In this document: one piece after another, positions 36,421-49,561 of the stretch | How the letters are laid out: the number at the start of each line of letters is the position of its first letter | How positions within the stretch are numbered: the stretch's first letter is position 1 | Source of the DNA: Selaginella moellendorffii | Lineage: Eukaryota > Plantae > Lycopodiophyta | Reading direction: 5' to 3' | Length of the DNA stretch: 64,000 bases | Assembly: GCF_000143415.4 (NCBI RefSeq) | Contig: NW_003314275.1 | Location: forward strand, 434,001 to 498,000 | Translations under genes and position numbers: made by a program | Notes under the pieces: model-generated | What the model saw: the letters and a program-made list of their open reading frames with translations, nothing else | Databases searched by the model: none | Told to the model about the DNA's origin: nothing

Positions 36421-38073
36421 CCCTGAAACATCCACCACTTCTATCCCGTGGTTCTCATCTTACTGGGTTGTTGCCTTGTGTGGCTCGCTTGCTACCTTGC
36501 ACAACAGTGTTCTGGCCGTTGATACAGAGGGCCCTTTCCTGTCCTGGCTTGCTGCTGTACGTGTGCAGGAACCCCGACCTTGTAACAGTCCTCCTCGTGG
36601 GAGTCGAATGCTGAGGCCCCTGCCTCGCCCTCCACGAGGTTGAGAGCTCAGTTTGATGGGTGTGGATACTGTGATTCCCCTGTGGCTGTTCTCCATGCTG
36701 TTGACAGGGGAGTGAGTACACAGTAGAAGCAAAAAAAGGGGAACAACACTTCCCTGAATCTCACGGCGGATGCCCTCGCCGATGGTAGCAAGTGTGGGGA
36801 GATTGCACGCTCTCCCCTGAGCGCTCTTCTCCCTCTGGCTACTCCTCCGATCACGGCAGCCATGGTATTGGGCACCTTCCTCTACTTCCTCCCCAAAAAA
36901 CGTCTAACATTAGGGTTTTTTTTAGGACCTTGGTAAGATTGCTCCCTCGTGTCGGATCTTGGGCTGTAAAGGCATGGATCTGGGCCAACCATGGGTTGCG
37001 ATAGCGATTGGTCGCGCTGACGCGTGGTCCGGCCGGCGATCCAACCCATCTAGTGGGAGTTCGGGGCACCGGTACAGTACTTCCGGCGCACGTGTGCTCT
37101 TCGACACTTGGTGGACGTTGGATGTTGTCGGTACCAATCCTGGCCGTTCCCAGGACTTAGCCGATTTTTGGATTGCTAGATCAGCATGGAGTTCTCCTGG
37201 GATCTTCGGTCGCTTGAAATCTTGGCTCGGCGAGAGGCGGATGCGCAGTGGGATGTTGGAGGGAAGACTATATCATTGCGATCCGCAGCAAGAGGATGTG
37301 GGGGAGTTGTTTATTTGTCCACATTTTGCAGCCATGGTATTGAGATGAGGGGGTGCGCAAGGAGGAGGCAGGCATGTTCGTGGCTGGTCCAAGGGGCATT
37401 CTTTGCTCCGGTTCCTCTAGATGTGCTTGCTGAGGGCGCTCGTGTCTGGGAAGTGGAGAGTATGTGGCAATACATGCTCAGTTTGCTTCTCGTGTGCTTC
37501 TATCCCTTTTCAGTGCTTGGAGCGTCCTTCCCCTGATCTGGCTTGGTGCGTTTTCATTTTTGTTTGTGAGATGGGGGGAGCAGAGGGGAACTTTCGTTGT
37601 TTCCCCACTAGGGGCCTCTTTTTAACCTTGTAGGGGTGCGAAGAGGATTGTGGGCTGTGTGGCCATCAGTCCTATTGGCCCTGGAGGTCTTGAGACGATC
37701 CCTTCACTACCTAAATGGATCTGTGTGGACCGACTGTTGGGTGGAGCGAGCTTGAATCAGGGGGACCCAGTGCAGATCCAGCTAAAGTGGCGAAGGAGGG
37801 AGTGTTCGAGAGCGTGTTTGTGGTGACTGTGCCGAATCAGAGGGGAGCTGGGAAGAACCGGGATCCTGGCACGTCCACCAATGAGATCACCGAGCATGTA
37901 CCAAACGTGCCCAGAACTCACCGAACAACAAGGTGCTCAACTACAGATCCATAGCGCCGAGGATAGGAACATGCCTAGGTATTGTGGGTGTGAGAGAAAC
38001 AAGTACACAAAGGGAAGGCACTGCACTGCTAGGGTTTCCATCCTCTCTCTAGAGTCCCTTTATTTACCCTTTG

Positions 38074-41000
38074 GAGAGCTCAGAGTGGGTGGCCAATCTC
38101 GTCCTTGCACTGAAGGCAAATGGAAAACTCCGCCTCTGTGTTAACTTTCGATACTTAAACAAGGCAATTGCGAAAGATCACTTTCTGACTCCATTTATCG
38201 ATGCAATTGTGGATGAGATGGCTGGACACCGTTACTACTCTTTCATGGATGGCTTTTCAGGGTACAACCAAATCTTCATTCATCTCAATCATCGAGATCT
38301 TATGGCCTTCCGAACACTTTGGGATGTCTTCGCTTTCAATGTCCTCCCGTTTGGCTTGTGTAACACTAAAGCTACTTTTCAACGCTTTATGACCCACGCC
38401 TTTCACAACTTGATTGGAGGCACCTTGAGGGTGTATATCGATGATCTGTGCACGACCCCTTACTCCTTTGAGGACCACCTTTTGCACTTGGAGCAGATCT
38501 TCACTTGCTGCCGACAACACAGGTTTTCATTCGGCAAAGTGTAAATTCGGGGTGACTAAAGGCTGGCTGCTAGGCTTTCATGTCTCACAGGATAGGATCA
38601 AGCCCTAGGTAGCCAAGGCTCAGGAGATTCTGGATTAGAACCCACCAGCCAATGTGAAGCAACTTTGCAGCTTCCTCGAGCAAATGGGTTTCTTTTGCTA
38701 TTTCCTCCACAACTATACTACACGTTCACGGCCTCTGATAGCTCTACTACAACACAACATTCCATTTTTCTAGGGTGAGTCCCAACAATAAGCCTTTGAA
38801 TCACTGAAGCAGTCACTCTGCATGGCCCCGGTACTCCAGCCACTAGAACGTCAACTTCCTTTCGACATTTACATCACAACGGGTACAAAGGCTTTTGGAG
38901 TATGCCTTTGCCAATGTTCACAGCTTGGCAAGCCACCACATGCAACATACTATGCTTCATATTCATTCAAGGAGACTAAGAAGAAGTACGTGGATGCAGA
39001 AAAAGGAGCAGTGGCTGTTGTTTACACCTTGGAACGATTTCGTCACTTTCTTGCTGGAGCCCGTATCCATTTCCACATCTATTTTAATGTGTTGACATTT
39101 CTTTTATAGCGATTAGTTCACAATCCTCGTACTTTATCTTGGATTATGACTATCCAAGAGTTCCAGCCAACTTTCCACATGTGGCGGAAGCGTGTGATGG
39201 ATCCGAGTGAGTTCCTAGTTGCTGAAGCTACTTCCTTTGTGGTCCCTGCAGCATTACAAGACATTGCAGTGTACCTGGATTCAGGTCAATTCCTAGCAGA
39301 TTCCTCACCAGTGCAACAAAACGCATTGGAGATCCAAGCACGGGGGTTTTGCCTTATCGACAGACACCTTTATAGGAGAAGTTCTCAAGAAGTTTTGTTG
39401 CGGTGTGTGAGGGAACACGAGGTCCCTATGCTCCTTCGTGCTTTCCACTCTTATGCGGGGCATTTCTCGGGATGGGTCACAAGACAGCTCCTCTTGCGTC
39501 ATGGCTACTTTTGGCCTCAAATTCACCAGGACAGCTTGGCCTATACAAAGGCATGTGAGCAGTGCCAATGGTTCAACCCCTGGAGCCATGTTCCACGTCT
39601 TTCTTTCCAGCTCATCACTTCTCCGGGTCCCTTTTTCCAGTGGGGACTTGACTTCGTCGACCCGATCAACCCACCGAGCTCAAAAGGATAACGATACATC
39701 ATCGTGGTGACGGACTATTTTATGAAAGGGGTTGAGGCCACCCCTTTGCAACAGGCAGATCAACAGTCTATAGCAAAGTTTTTCTACAAGTACATTATTT
39801 GTCGATTCGGAGTTCTTGCCATTTTGATTTCTGACCGTGGCAGCAGCTTCCTTGGACAAGTGATGCAGCATCTTCTCCAATGGCTGCAGGTCAAGCACAT
39901 GAAGAGCAGCAGCTATTATCCTGAGTGCAATGGCCAGGCAGAGTCCAGCAACAAGATATTGAAGACAGTCATCTCAAAGCTTGTGGAGAACCACCCAAGG
40001 CATTGGCACGAGCACTTGGTTACGGCATTGTGGGCGTTTCAAACGTCCTTCAAGACATCCATCTCTGCGACCCTATTCTCCCTTGTCTATGGGACAGAGG
40101 CCATGCTTCCAGTGGAGATCCAAGTGCCATCACTCTCACTTTCACTTCAATATGCAGCAGCGATGCAGCTTAGCAATGAGGACAAGCTTCATGCACGTGA
40201 TTTGGAGGTTCTTGCCTTGGCAACATTCAGCGACGATCCACAACTGAACATCTTCTTCGAGGCAAGCAAAAGCTCAAGTCCTTCATTAATCACCAGCAAT
40301 CTGCCAAACCATTCGGGGATGGCAATCTTGTTCTACTCAAGGAGCTCCCCTCGCTGGACCGTACTTTGTCTAACGACACATTCAAGATGGAACAGAATCC
40401 GTGCTTCTAGTGGAGATCCAAGTGCCATCACTCTCACTTTCACTTCGATACGCAGCAGCAATGCAACTTAGCAATGAGGACAAGCTTCATGCACGTGACT
40501 TGGAAGTTCTTGCCTTGGAAGAACAGTGACAATCCACGACTGAACATCTCCTTCGAGGCAAGAAGAAGATCAAGTCAGTCATCGATCACCAGCAGTCTGC
40601 TGAACCATTTGATATGGCGATCTGGTTCTACTCAAGGAGTTTATGCCACCTTCGATGTTCTCCCCTCGCTGGACCGGCCCCTACTTTGTCCAGTGACACA
40701 CCGGAGGTGGAGCATATGTGCTAGTTGATGCTAATACACATGAGCTCCCACACGCTCACAACCACTCTCACCTTAAACGCTTCATCTGATGAGGTATTCT
40801 TCTTCTTTTCTTTTTCTTTTTCTTCCTTTCTTTCACTTTACTTTCATGGCTACTTTTCTTACTTTCAGAGGGTGTTTCTCCATTGGACCATGGCCCATGC
40901 CTTGGATTTCATGCTCAAGCTGCATTGCCGTTTGTATGGAGGTTTCTCGCTTGGCTCGGTCTATGTTCTAGGTTCTTTGGCCCTTCCCTTACCATTACTT

Positions 41001-42379
41001 TACCCCACACATTTCCCACACCCATTCCATATAATCTACACTCATAGTTCCATCACTAATCACTTCTAGCAGCATTGCCCACACTTATCTCTAGATGCCT
41101 GTTTTGCATCTTTCATTTTTTCACCATTGTGCACATCTCCGCTTGAGGTCACATTTATACTATACCATGGACACACATACATGCACCAGCAGCAAAAGAC
41201 ACCACTTCATTTGGATGTGCCGTTTCCAAGATATCCTTACAATCATATGCCGACAACGCACTAGTTTTTCTGGAGTGACTTTCTTCCAACCGGGTGAACC
41301 TGTTCACTCAAGGCACTTAGGTAGATCTTTAGGCGAGGCCATAGAAGCCAAAGCCACTTTCTTTTGCTCCAACACTCAGTGGACACATGCCACCTCTCTT
41401 TACTGGCAACCAAGCAACTATGCTATCCTTTTCAACTATTGACTTCTTTAGTTCGACACATCAAACTGGCCACCCTCTCAAAGTGCCACCACCATCTCAG
41501 TGCTCCACCATATCACTCCACCATATCGGTGCTGGAGCAGGCGCAGGAGTAGGAGCAAGAGCAGGTGGTTACAGGTTACAGGTTACGGGTTCCTAGTTAC
41601 TAGTTACTAGTTACTGGTTACCGATTACCGGCTATTCTGAGAGGTCAGCGCTTACTCTACAGGCCCACGGTTACAGATGGCCACCTTTTCAGAGTGCCAC
41701 CACCATCTCAGCGCTCCACCATATCACTCCATTTTTCCTCATTTCCCCACTTACCACCCTTGGGCAATGCATCCCCACTTCTACCCCTCTTTCTTTCTCG
41801 ATTTCGGCCAATCCTTGGAGCATACCAGAAGTCATCAAGAGGCTGCATTTGCATACTACACTTTCCTGAGCCGAAATCCAGATACAAGGTAAGTTCTTTG
41901 GGTGCTCACTCTTTTTCCTCTATTTTCCTCCTCTTTTTACACTTTTTCTACACTTTTCTTCAACTTTAGGGTCTAGTTTGACTACAGGGTTTCCCACCGG
42001 GTTTTCCTCCCTATCTCCAAATTTCACACCTACCTCTTTTCTTTCTTTTCCACTTTGTTTTCTAGAGTTTCTACTATTTCACGCAGCTACCAGCACTTGG
42101 CATCAGTAGCAGAGGTACACTCTACACTCTTCAAAGGGTTCTCACGCATCTGGAGCTAGTGCGATCCACCGTGGTTGCATGTTAGGGCGTGGCCACTGAG
42201 AGAGTGAGAGAGAGAGAGAGAGAGAGGGAATATTCTAATCATCAGAATATTCCCCCATCTTCCTTGTATAAAACCCTTGCCTCACAAAAGCAAGGGGGGG
42301 GGGGCATTTTGCAGAGAGCATTCAAGCATTTCTCGTGTTTGAGTGAGCATTAGGGGAGGTGCCCCTCCTTCCCCCATTA
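38074..42379 (+). mobile_element. Tat-like element A1, right segment: RT, RNase H, integrase, long 3' non-coding region, 3' LTR (42180-~42379)
   Basis: LRLCVNFR, MDGFSGYNQI, YIDD, H..GH..CEQCQ, WGLDF, SDRG, YPECNGQAE. The LTR matches the A2 LTRs, with a degenerate right end. Confidence 0.9.
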
Positions 42380-44397
42380 GTATATGATTTAATGACGTGA
42401 GTTTAGTGTTTAGGTCTTATGAAGGTAAGTTGAAGAGTGATTGTTGGTTGCTCTGCGATTAGTGATTGCTTGTAAACTTTATTGAGGACTGTTTGATACT
42501 TGCTTTGCTTGATGATAATTTAGCAATGATGGGCTTGCTTTACTGAATAGTGTTGCGGAGGATTGTATCGTTAAACTTATATGGGTTTTCCATATTGGCA
42601 CTCTACCTCTGTTGATATCATTATTAGTTGTGTTTAGTCTGTAGTGTTGGATTTCATTAAGTCTTGGATGTGGTGAATCACTCCTTGATGATGTGTTATC
42701 TGTAACTGAGTTTGTTGAAGGTTTAGTCTCAGATACTGACTAAGGTATCTTCAACTTTGATTAGCTTTATTGCTAGGGAGTTTTGGGTGATGATTCACTC
42801 TTGCTTTCTTTTAGATTTGTTATGGTGTTGATGGCATTGAAGTAATGCCTTGTCATTGACATTGGACTAAAATGGAGTCTTGCATCTGTAAGGAATACTT
42901 GCCAGATGATTTTGGTTTGAGACTTCTTGTGGAGCTGTGACAGTTAAAGCAGCGAGGGGACCTTATGCATTATGTTAATGCATTTGCTCAGAAGCGCATT
43001 ATGATTGCCAATATGAGTGACGAAGATGCTCGGAGTTATTTCCTGGAGGGTTTAAGTTCACTTTCTCGTAATGAGATTTTAAAGTTTAAACCAAAGACGT
43101 ACCTGGAGTGTAAGGAGGCAGCATAGCAAGCTGCCTTTAGTCACTCGCTCATAGAATAATATCAGCAGCAATATGCTGGTACCTAGGACAAGAATAAGAA
43201 TTCTAGGAATAGACAAGGTGATCGGAAACAAAGGGTGGAAGTAAGATTCTGCTCTGGAAGCTCACAAGCAATAGTTAACAAAGGTGGTGGTGGTGGTGGT
43301 TGGAGACCACCAATAGTTTCTTCTGGTCCTAGTTCCTCTGTTCCTCCTCCTGGTGGGTACAAGCAATAGCAACCTACAAAACTTGCTCCTAGTGGAACGG
43401 ATAGTGTGGGTCATTGCTTCCATTGTGGAGAATCAGGACATAGGTCTTCGAAATGTACCAACAAGCATGAGACAAGGTCTCGTGTTAATGTCATGAGGGA
43501 AGATGGTGGTGGTGAAGCTGAAGAGGTTGACAAGTTGGTCAATGCAGACTATGAGGAAGAGGAGGTGAGTTACTTTTGTTACTTTCCTCAAGCTTTTCTC
43601 ATAGTCAATGCAAACACTGATCCGTTGATGTATCTGGTAGGCTTTGTCTGTGGACACTGAATCCAAGTGATGATTGATACAAGAGCTATACATAGCGTGA
43701 TATTCGAAGACTTAGTTAAGTTGTTAGGATTGAATGCTGAGCAGATGTCACCTATGCACTTCCGGTTTGCAGAAGGTGGGCAAGTAACCAAAAAATTTGT
43801 GAGTGATGTTCCAATAAAAATATCCAAGTGGAAAAAAAGAGTGGACTTGGTAGTGTTGAAGATACCAAATTTTCAGATGGTGTTTGGTATAGATTTCTTC
43901 AACAAATGTATAAAAGGGATTTATGGTGTTGGACAAAGTCGCATCACATTAAAGTCAGAAGGACATCCTGATGTGTCCTTCCAGTTGCAAAAGCACTCCT
44001 TAAAGGATTGGGATGCTAAGTTCCTGACTGCGAGAGCCGCTCAAAAAGCAGCTAAGAAGGGATGTCAGACCTTTTGGGTTCAAGTGATGGAAGCTGAGGG
44101 TGTTAGAGACTCGATTTGAATTGGTGATGGGGGGGGTTGGGTAGTTTTTGAGCTGAGCTCAAGTCAATGAAAGTCAACGAAAGTCAAAGGAAGTCAATAC
44201 AATCCCCTAACTAGCGAAAGTTTAATGGCACTACCTTAGTTCGTCCTGAACCAAGAATTTTTAACATAAAATCTAGGTGTTTAAGGTATTCCATAAGCTC
44301 ATGTAGATTATTGGTTCGACATGAACTAATCTTTTAGTCTACAAAAAAAGAAAATAATATATTAAACAATATAATTTATATTAAAATCAGAATATAT

Positions 44398-47300
44398 TCA
44401 ATCTTCTTCTGCTTCCATATCCAGAAAAGTAGAAATGGGTATAGTGGAATGCTCCTTCACTATAGGCTCGTGTTGTATGTAATGTTGTGCCATACGTTCA
44501 GCATAAATAGGTAAGTGGAATTGACTTTGGTCCATATGATTATCCATATCATCAAGATCAAGCGTGTGGACTGAAACACTGTGTGTGATAAGTGTAGACC
44601 TAATGACATAGAAACATTTGGGAATAAATATTATAGATTATTTCAAGCACTAACATCACCTGTCGCAAAATCTCCTAAGAATGTCCTCAAAGGCACCCTC
44701 CTTCTCAAGTGCAAAAACCGCTCGGCCTGTCTCTTTTGCTGCCTGCACCATTGATCCAAATCCTACTGTAGCATCAAGCACAATCCCCTTTGGCAGACAA
44801 AATAACTCCAACAAGATTTGCATGGCCGTGACCGAACGATGTCGATAACCAGGGAACGCTGGGTGAAGAACGTCCGAGTCAATCACATTTGGGATGATGT
44901 CTGTAGAGCTGTCATATCCTGGTAAAGAAAGAGCAGCACGCTCGTCAGCTCGTGTGGCATTACGCCGGTTCCCAATGTGGCATAGAGCATGGTAGTTCCA
45001 GGAATAAATCTGGAAAAAAAAATAGAATAGAGTTAATTTATAAATAAAGAAGTCACACACCTTTCGCGTCTGCCTGCTAGTGCCTTTTGTGTCCACCGCC
45101 ATACTCGAAAGAAGGGAGCCAGATGAAAACTCAACAAATCCATCATCGTTGTCAGCCAAGTGTGCGAGAAGGCCTTCCCACATTAGAGAGCGAGGAAGGA
45201 TCATGACAACCACACCCTCGTATGTCATGAAGCTGCTCGCAACCTTTAAGGCTTGGGAAATGTGTTGGGCCTGCAACACATTCCATGACGGAGTATCCCC
45301 CTGCGGTGGTGCCATCCCATCGGGAAGATCAAAAAAGATGAAATCGATCTTCCCATAAGGTGTGAGCTGACCCAAACCATGGATCCACCGATCAAGCATG
45401 TAGAGCTCCCGACTAGTAGCATCTAAAAGCTGTGTGTAATCCCCAATGAGAATAGCAACTTCCCCAACACTAGCCATTGGGGATAGAGGGTGAACCTGAA
45501 AATCAATTATTAGAACTAAAAGTTGAAGATAAAATTCATGCTTACTAACTTGTTTATGCATCGCTGCAGAGGAGAGCTCTTGTAGGTCGTCATCTGTAGC
45601 CGTAGGGAGGGATGGGAAGAATGTCTTAGTCCGCTGAAAAGACTGATGGCTGCTCTCTGCAACATCTATAAAAAAAAAAGTGAAGTCAAGAATGAATAAA
45701 AGAATGTTCCAAATCAAAGTCCTTACTCTCATGAAAGGTTTCATGACGGCCCCTTCGGGGGTTGCGAGGAGCAGGTACTGGAATCTCTTGTGCTGGAATT
45801 TCCTGTACAATTTCCTCTGGTTCAACGATATTTGGATTTGCCATCTCCTGAATGGTTTCCTGAGTGCTGACTTCTAGGTTTAGTTGTTGAACTTCAACAA
45901 TGTCGTTATCACAGTCAGAAAGAGCCTCTGGAAAATAAGAATATAACTCAAGGTTAATATTTCCTAGCTAAGTGCTGAGTTTCAAGTGAACCTGGATGAC
46001 ATTCAAGGTAGAGATCTAGCTCGAAGTCCGATGTTGGCATCTGCTCCACGAGTTCAAGGTACCACAGGCATAGCTCCCTCTCATGTGTACAAGGACAGTA
46101 GAACTCTGGCTTATACATCCCAAGCTTCTTGCCTCTAGTCAGGAGCTTCTGCAAAACACCGGTTGTGTATACCGGTGCCCCGGGGCTATATTTTAAATAT
46201 CTACAAAGTAAAACAAAAATATAAATACCAATATATAAATGAGAATTGAAAAAATACCTGTAAACCATGCGCCTCGCAAGAAATGGTTGTCCTGGTTGGT
46301 TCTTGAACTCAGCCGAACTCGTCCCACCATGTGGAAGCCAACCATTCCCTAGCTCCGCAAGACAAGCACGAATATATTCTTCGAGAGTGATACCTGTGCG
46401 GGTCCTGGAAAGAAACTTCTCATCCCAGACTTGTAGCATCTCCTCACCAGCGGCAATACTCTGAGAAATGGACGCCTTCTCCTTCATCACCTTCTCCATC
46501 CTTATCTCGCAGCGTTTTTCATTATTTCGCAGCCAAGTGTTGAGAAGTTCCAAGCAGACACTTTGTTCAGCAAAGGACATTTTACTCTTAGAGATGTTGT
46601 AAATGAGTTCCTCCGGTGCTTTACCAGTTCCTACACACACAAAGAGTTATGAAATGTTTCACAAATTTTATAAAAACTTACAAACGCGAGAACAAATCTC
46701 AGCAATGCTATCAAGCCATTCCTGCCCGCGTCGTATGTCTGCAATCGAGAGCAACTTTTTCACCTTTGTTCTCTTCGTATTCAAAATTCGCTGCTCAATC
46801 GCATGCCACTCCATCTCCTTCTGCTGCTCGTCCCCTCGGGCATTTTTAAAGAATGACGCTCTTTCTCCTTTGATTATGGGCTGCAAGAAACATTATGTAA
46901 GTTGATACATACTTCAATAATAATTTACCTTCGCCCAGACAGCAACTAGAAAATCAAGTGGCAGTTGGTACCAAGTCTGCAATTCTTGGCCTTTCCTAGT
47001 TGCTAGCTTCACTCGAATTGCTTCAAATACCTCACGATTGTACAACGTTTGGACCTCCTCTAGCGAGAGCATGCCCATAAACCGAAGGTGCTCAATGTCA
47101 TGTACCAATGTATGAGCTTGAAATGCAAATTGGTTTAGCCTGTAGAAACACGATATTAGCTAAGTTTACAAAAAATAAATTCTTACATGTTGATCTTATG
47201 GCATGCCATGTTGAGCTTCACAGTGTGCTCCCGAGTCATTGGTTCGACAAGTGTGACTGGAACACTAATGTGTCGTTCTTCGTCATCTCGGAACTTCTCT

Positions 47301-48255
47301 TGAATGCACTTCCAAAATGCCAGCCACCTATGGTTTCCATCGATCACCCAAAAGAGCTTTCCAATGAACCCTGCTGTCTCCACATGTTGTCCTAAGAATC
47401 CATCAAACTCACGAGACTTTCGTAGCCATATAGGATCCCATTTTTCCTCAAGTTTAGTAGTCACTGACTCTGTCCGGCCGGTTCCAGGGAAAGTTGGTGA
47501 AACAATGAAGGTACCAGCTGTGCTCCCAAACCCGACCTCGGCAAAGGAGCTGTAGATAGCCATGTTGAGGTCGTAAGCTGAGCGCACCCAATGGCTTTGA
47601 ACCAATCGGCACAAAGGAACTAGAAATCGATGAGGGCCATTCCACGCCATTTCCTGTAACACTTTACTGACTGTCCGTTCTTGAGCTTGGATAATTGTGT
47701 CCCGAACACGATCATTCAAGATGGTGTCAGAATCATGCATGCATAATCCCTCACCACCATTAGCTCCCCCTGCACCACCAGCCTGAGGAGCAGTAGGAGC
47801 AGCTACCATGCCCCCAGTAGCCTCTGTAGTAGATCCACCTACAACGCTACCAATAACGTCCTCAACTGGTTCATTGACCTGGCCGCGAGCAGCCTCAGCA
47901 ACCGAAGGCATAGCACCCCCACCACCGCCAACATCAGATGCAAGTACCCCACCACCAGTACCCGCAGCCTCAGGAACACCAGTACCAACAGCCTCAATAA
48001 CACCAACATTGATTTGAGTGTTCATCTCAACATCCACGTCATTGTTATACTCATCGTTGCCTCCAGCATGGCTAGCCGAAACTTCATTAGATACTTGAGA
48101 TGAATCTCCACTCAATCGGCCAAGCCCACAGCGATCAAGGCGGCTGCCTTTTCCTGGAGATCGAGACCATTGAGGTTGGCCTCGGCGCTTCCTCTAAAAT
48201 AAAAAGCAAAACTATTAAAATATCTAACTTGTAATGTAAAGCAAACCTGTGGCAT
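44398..48255 (-). CDS. Multi-exon gene: ParB/Srx-like domain plus beta-class N6-adenine/N4-cytosine DNA methyltransferase-like domain
   Basis: ATG 48255, intron 48246-48194, then in frame into ORF 47183-48115 with FWVIDGNHRWLA. C-terminal ILIGD..IDFIFFDLPDG..EGVVVMI..IVLDATVGFGS..AAKETGRAVFALEKE. Last exon 44599-44398. Multiple ~50-bp GT-AG introns. Confidence 0.78.
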
Positions 48256-48401
48256 TTGAAGTTCAAGTCCCTTTTTGGAAGTTTCAAGCAGTCAAGCTTG
48301 ATTTATATCTGCTCTCACAAGAAAAGTTTGTAAGTAAAAGATGTGAAAAATAGATTGTAAACTACAAGAAATACAAAGGAAAAAAACATAAGTCACTGGG
48401 A

Positions 48402-48929
48402 GAGGTTGGTTCATGCGAGAACTGACCTCACCCTACCTCTCAAGAAAAAGGAAAAACACAACAAGAATACGGGGGAGGTCGGTTCGCGCAAGAATCGACA
48501 TCTTCCACCCTCTAATTTTCACATGAAATGCCCCATCAAGTCAATGAAATAAAAAAAAAACCTTGAAGATGTTGGTTCGCACAAGAACCGACATTTCAAT
48601 CTCTCTCTGTTTTCTAAAATATAGAAATCTCACCACTAGAAACATGAAAAAAATCAAGAAAGCTCGCTTCTAGAAAAAATGAAGGTGGGGAGACGTCGGT
48701 TCGCGCGCGAACCGATCTTTCCCACCCCTTCAACAAGGAAAAAAAAAAAAAAAACGAGGTAGAGATGGGCAAAAAGATAAATAGAAAATGAAATAGAATG
48801 CTAGGAGATGTCGGTTCGCACAAGAACCGACATCTCTATCCCTCAAGAGAAAACAAAAGTTGAGAAAATAGAAACTTCTAATGGAAGAAAGAAAGTGAGG
48901 AGACGTCGGTTCGCGTGCGAACCGACCTT
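48402..48929. repeat. Array of six 28-bp palindromes GA(G/T/C)GTYGGTTC-N6-GAACCGAC(A/C)TC separated by A-rich spacers
   Basis: Starts at 48402, 48475, 48568, 48692, 48807, 48902. Related N5 versions at 44236, 44310 and 53044. Confidence 0.92.
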
Positions 48930-49561
48930 CTCAAGGAAGCATACCTTGTTTGAGGAGTGTCTTGAAGCACATTGCTTGATTGAAGCACCTTTCTCTCGCC
49001 CTTCCCTGCTCAAGCGCGCCTTTCTTTCGCCCTTTGCTGCTCAAACCCTAGGCGTAAAACCCTAAAAATCAACGGACGCGATCAACAGTCACGATCAATG
49101 GCCATGATTTTCATTCTCTTTGATGGTGATCAATGGACACAATCATTCAATGCTTTAGATATTAAGGTATGTATAATTGATTGTGAGAATGAACGTGCAC
49201 GAACCAACCTTTTCGAGCTTGAGTCTCTCTCACTCGTCACAAAAGAATGAAACTCTCTTGAAGGGAAGAGAGCATGGAAATGAGAGGGAGAACAAAAAAT
49301 CAATGCTACAACTTTTGTGATTGATTGGCGCTTCTCACTCATAACCACATTCATTTCAACATTATTATTCCTCTCACAATCAATTATACAATTAATATGG
49401 GCGGCTCTTTAAGATTCTCATATCTCTCTAGATTCTAAACGGTTGTATATTTTGTTAAAATAATTAACTTGTCCTTTGCAAGGACATAGCTAATTAATGC
49501 TCACAATACAGAAGAATATCTTTGTTCTTTCTTGTCAGTTTCTCCCCAAATTTTTTTCTAA

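Larger units (their letters stand above)
29134..36922 (-). mobile_element. LINE-B (L1-like), internally deleted (endonuclease and RT N-terminus missing), inserted in the 5' region of LINE-A
   Basis: TSD TAGGACCTTGGTAAGAT(C/T)GCT at 29113-29133 and 36923-36943 (20/21 match). RT motifs DFEKAYDRV, RQGCPLAPYLF, FVDN. ORF1 knuckle CQRAGHREEAC is fused almost directly to RT near 31985. Confidence 0.85.
1957..38057 (-). mobile_element. LINE-A (L1/Tx1-like non-LTR retrotransposon), ~8.5 kb of own sequence in three pieces (1957-6999, 26784-29133, 36944-38057)
   Basis: Bounded by the 16-bp TSD. It has an EN-RT ORF2 and an ORF1 on the minus strand, and the pieces rejoin when element B and LINE-B are removed at their TSDs. 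Confidence 0.88.

Noticed and set aside
48402-48929. CRISPR-like repeat-spacer appearance
   Set aside because: Repeats are degenerate, spacers are uneven and A-rich low complexity, no cas genes are present, and the context is eukaryotic. Treated as a binding-site array.
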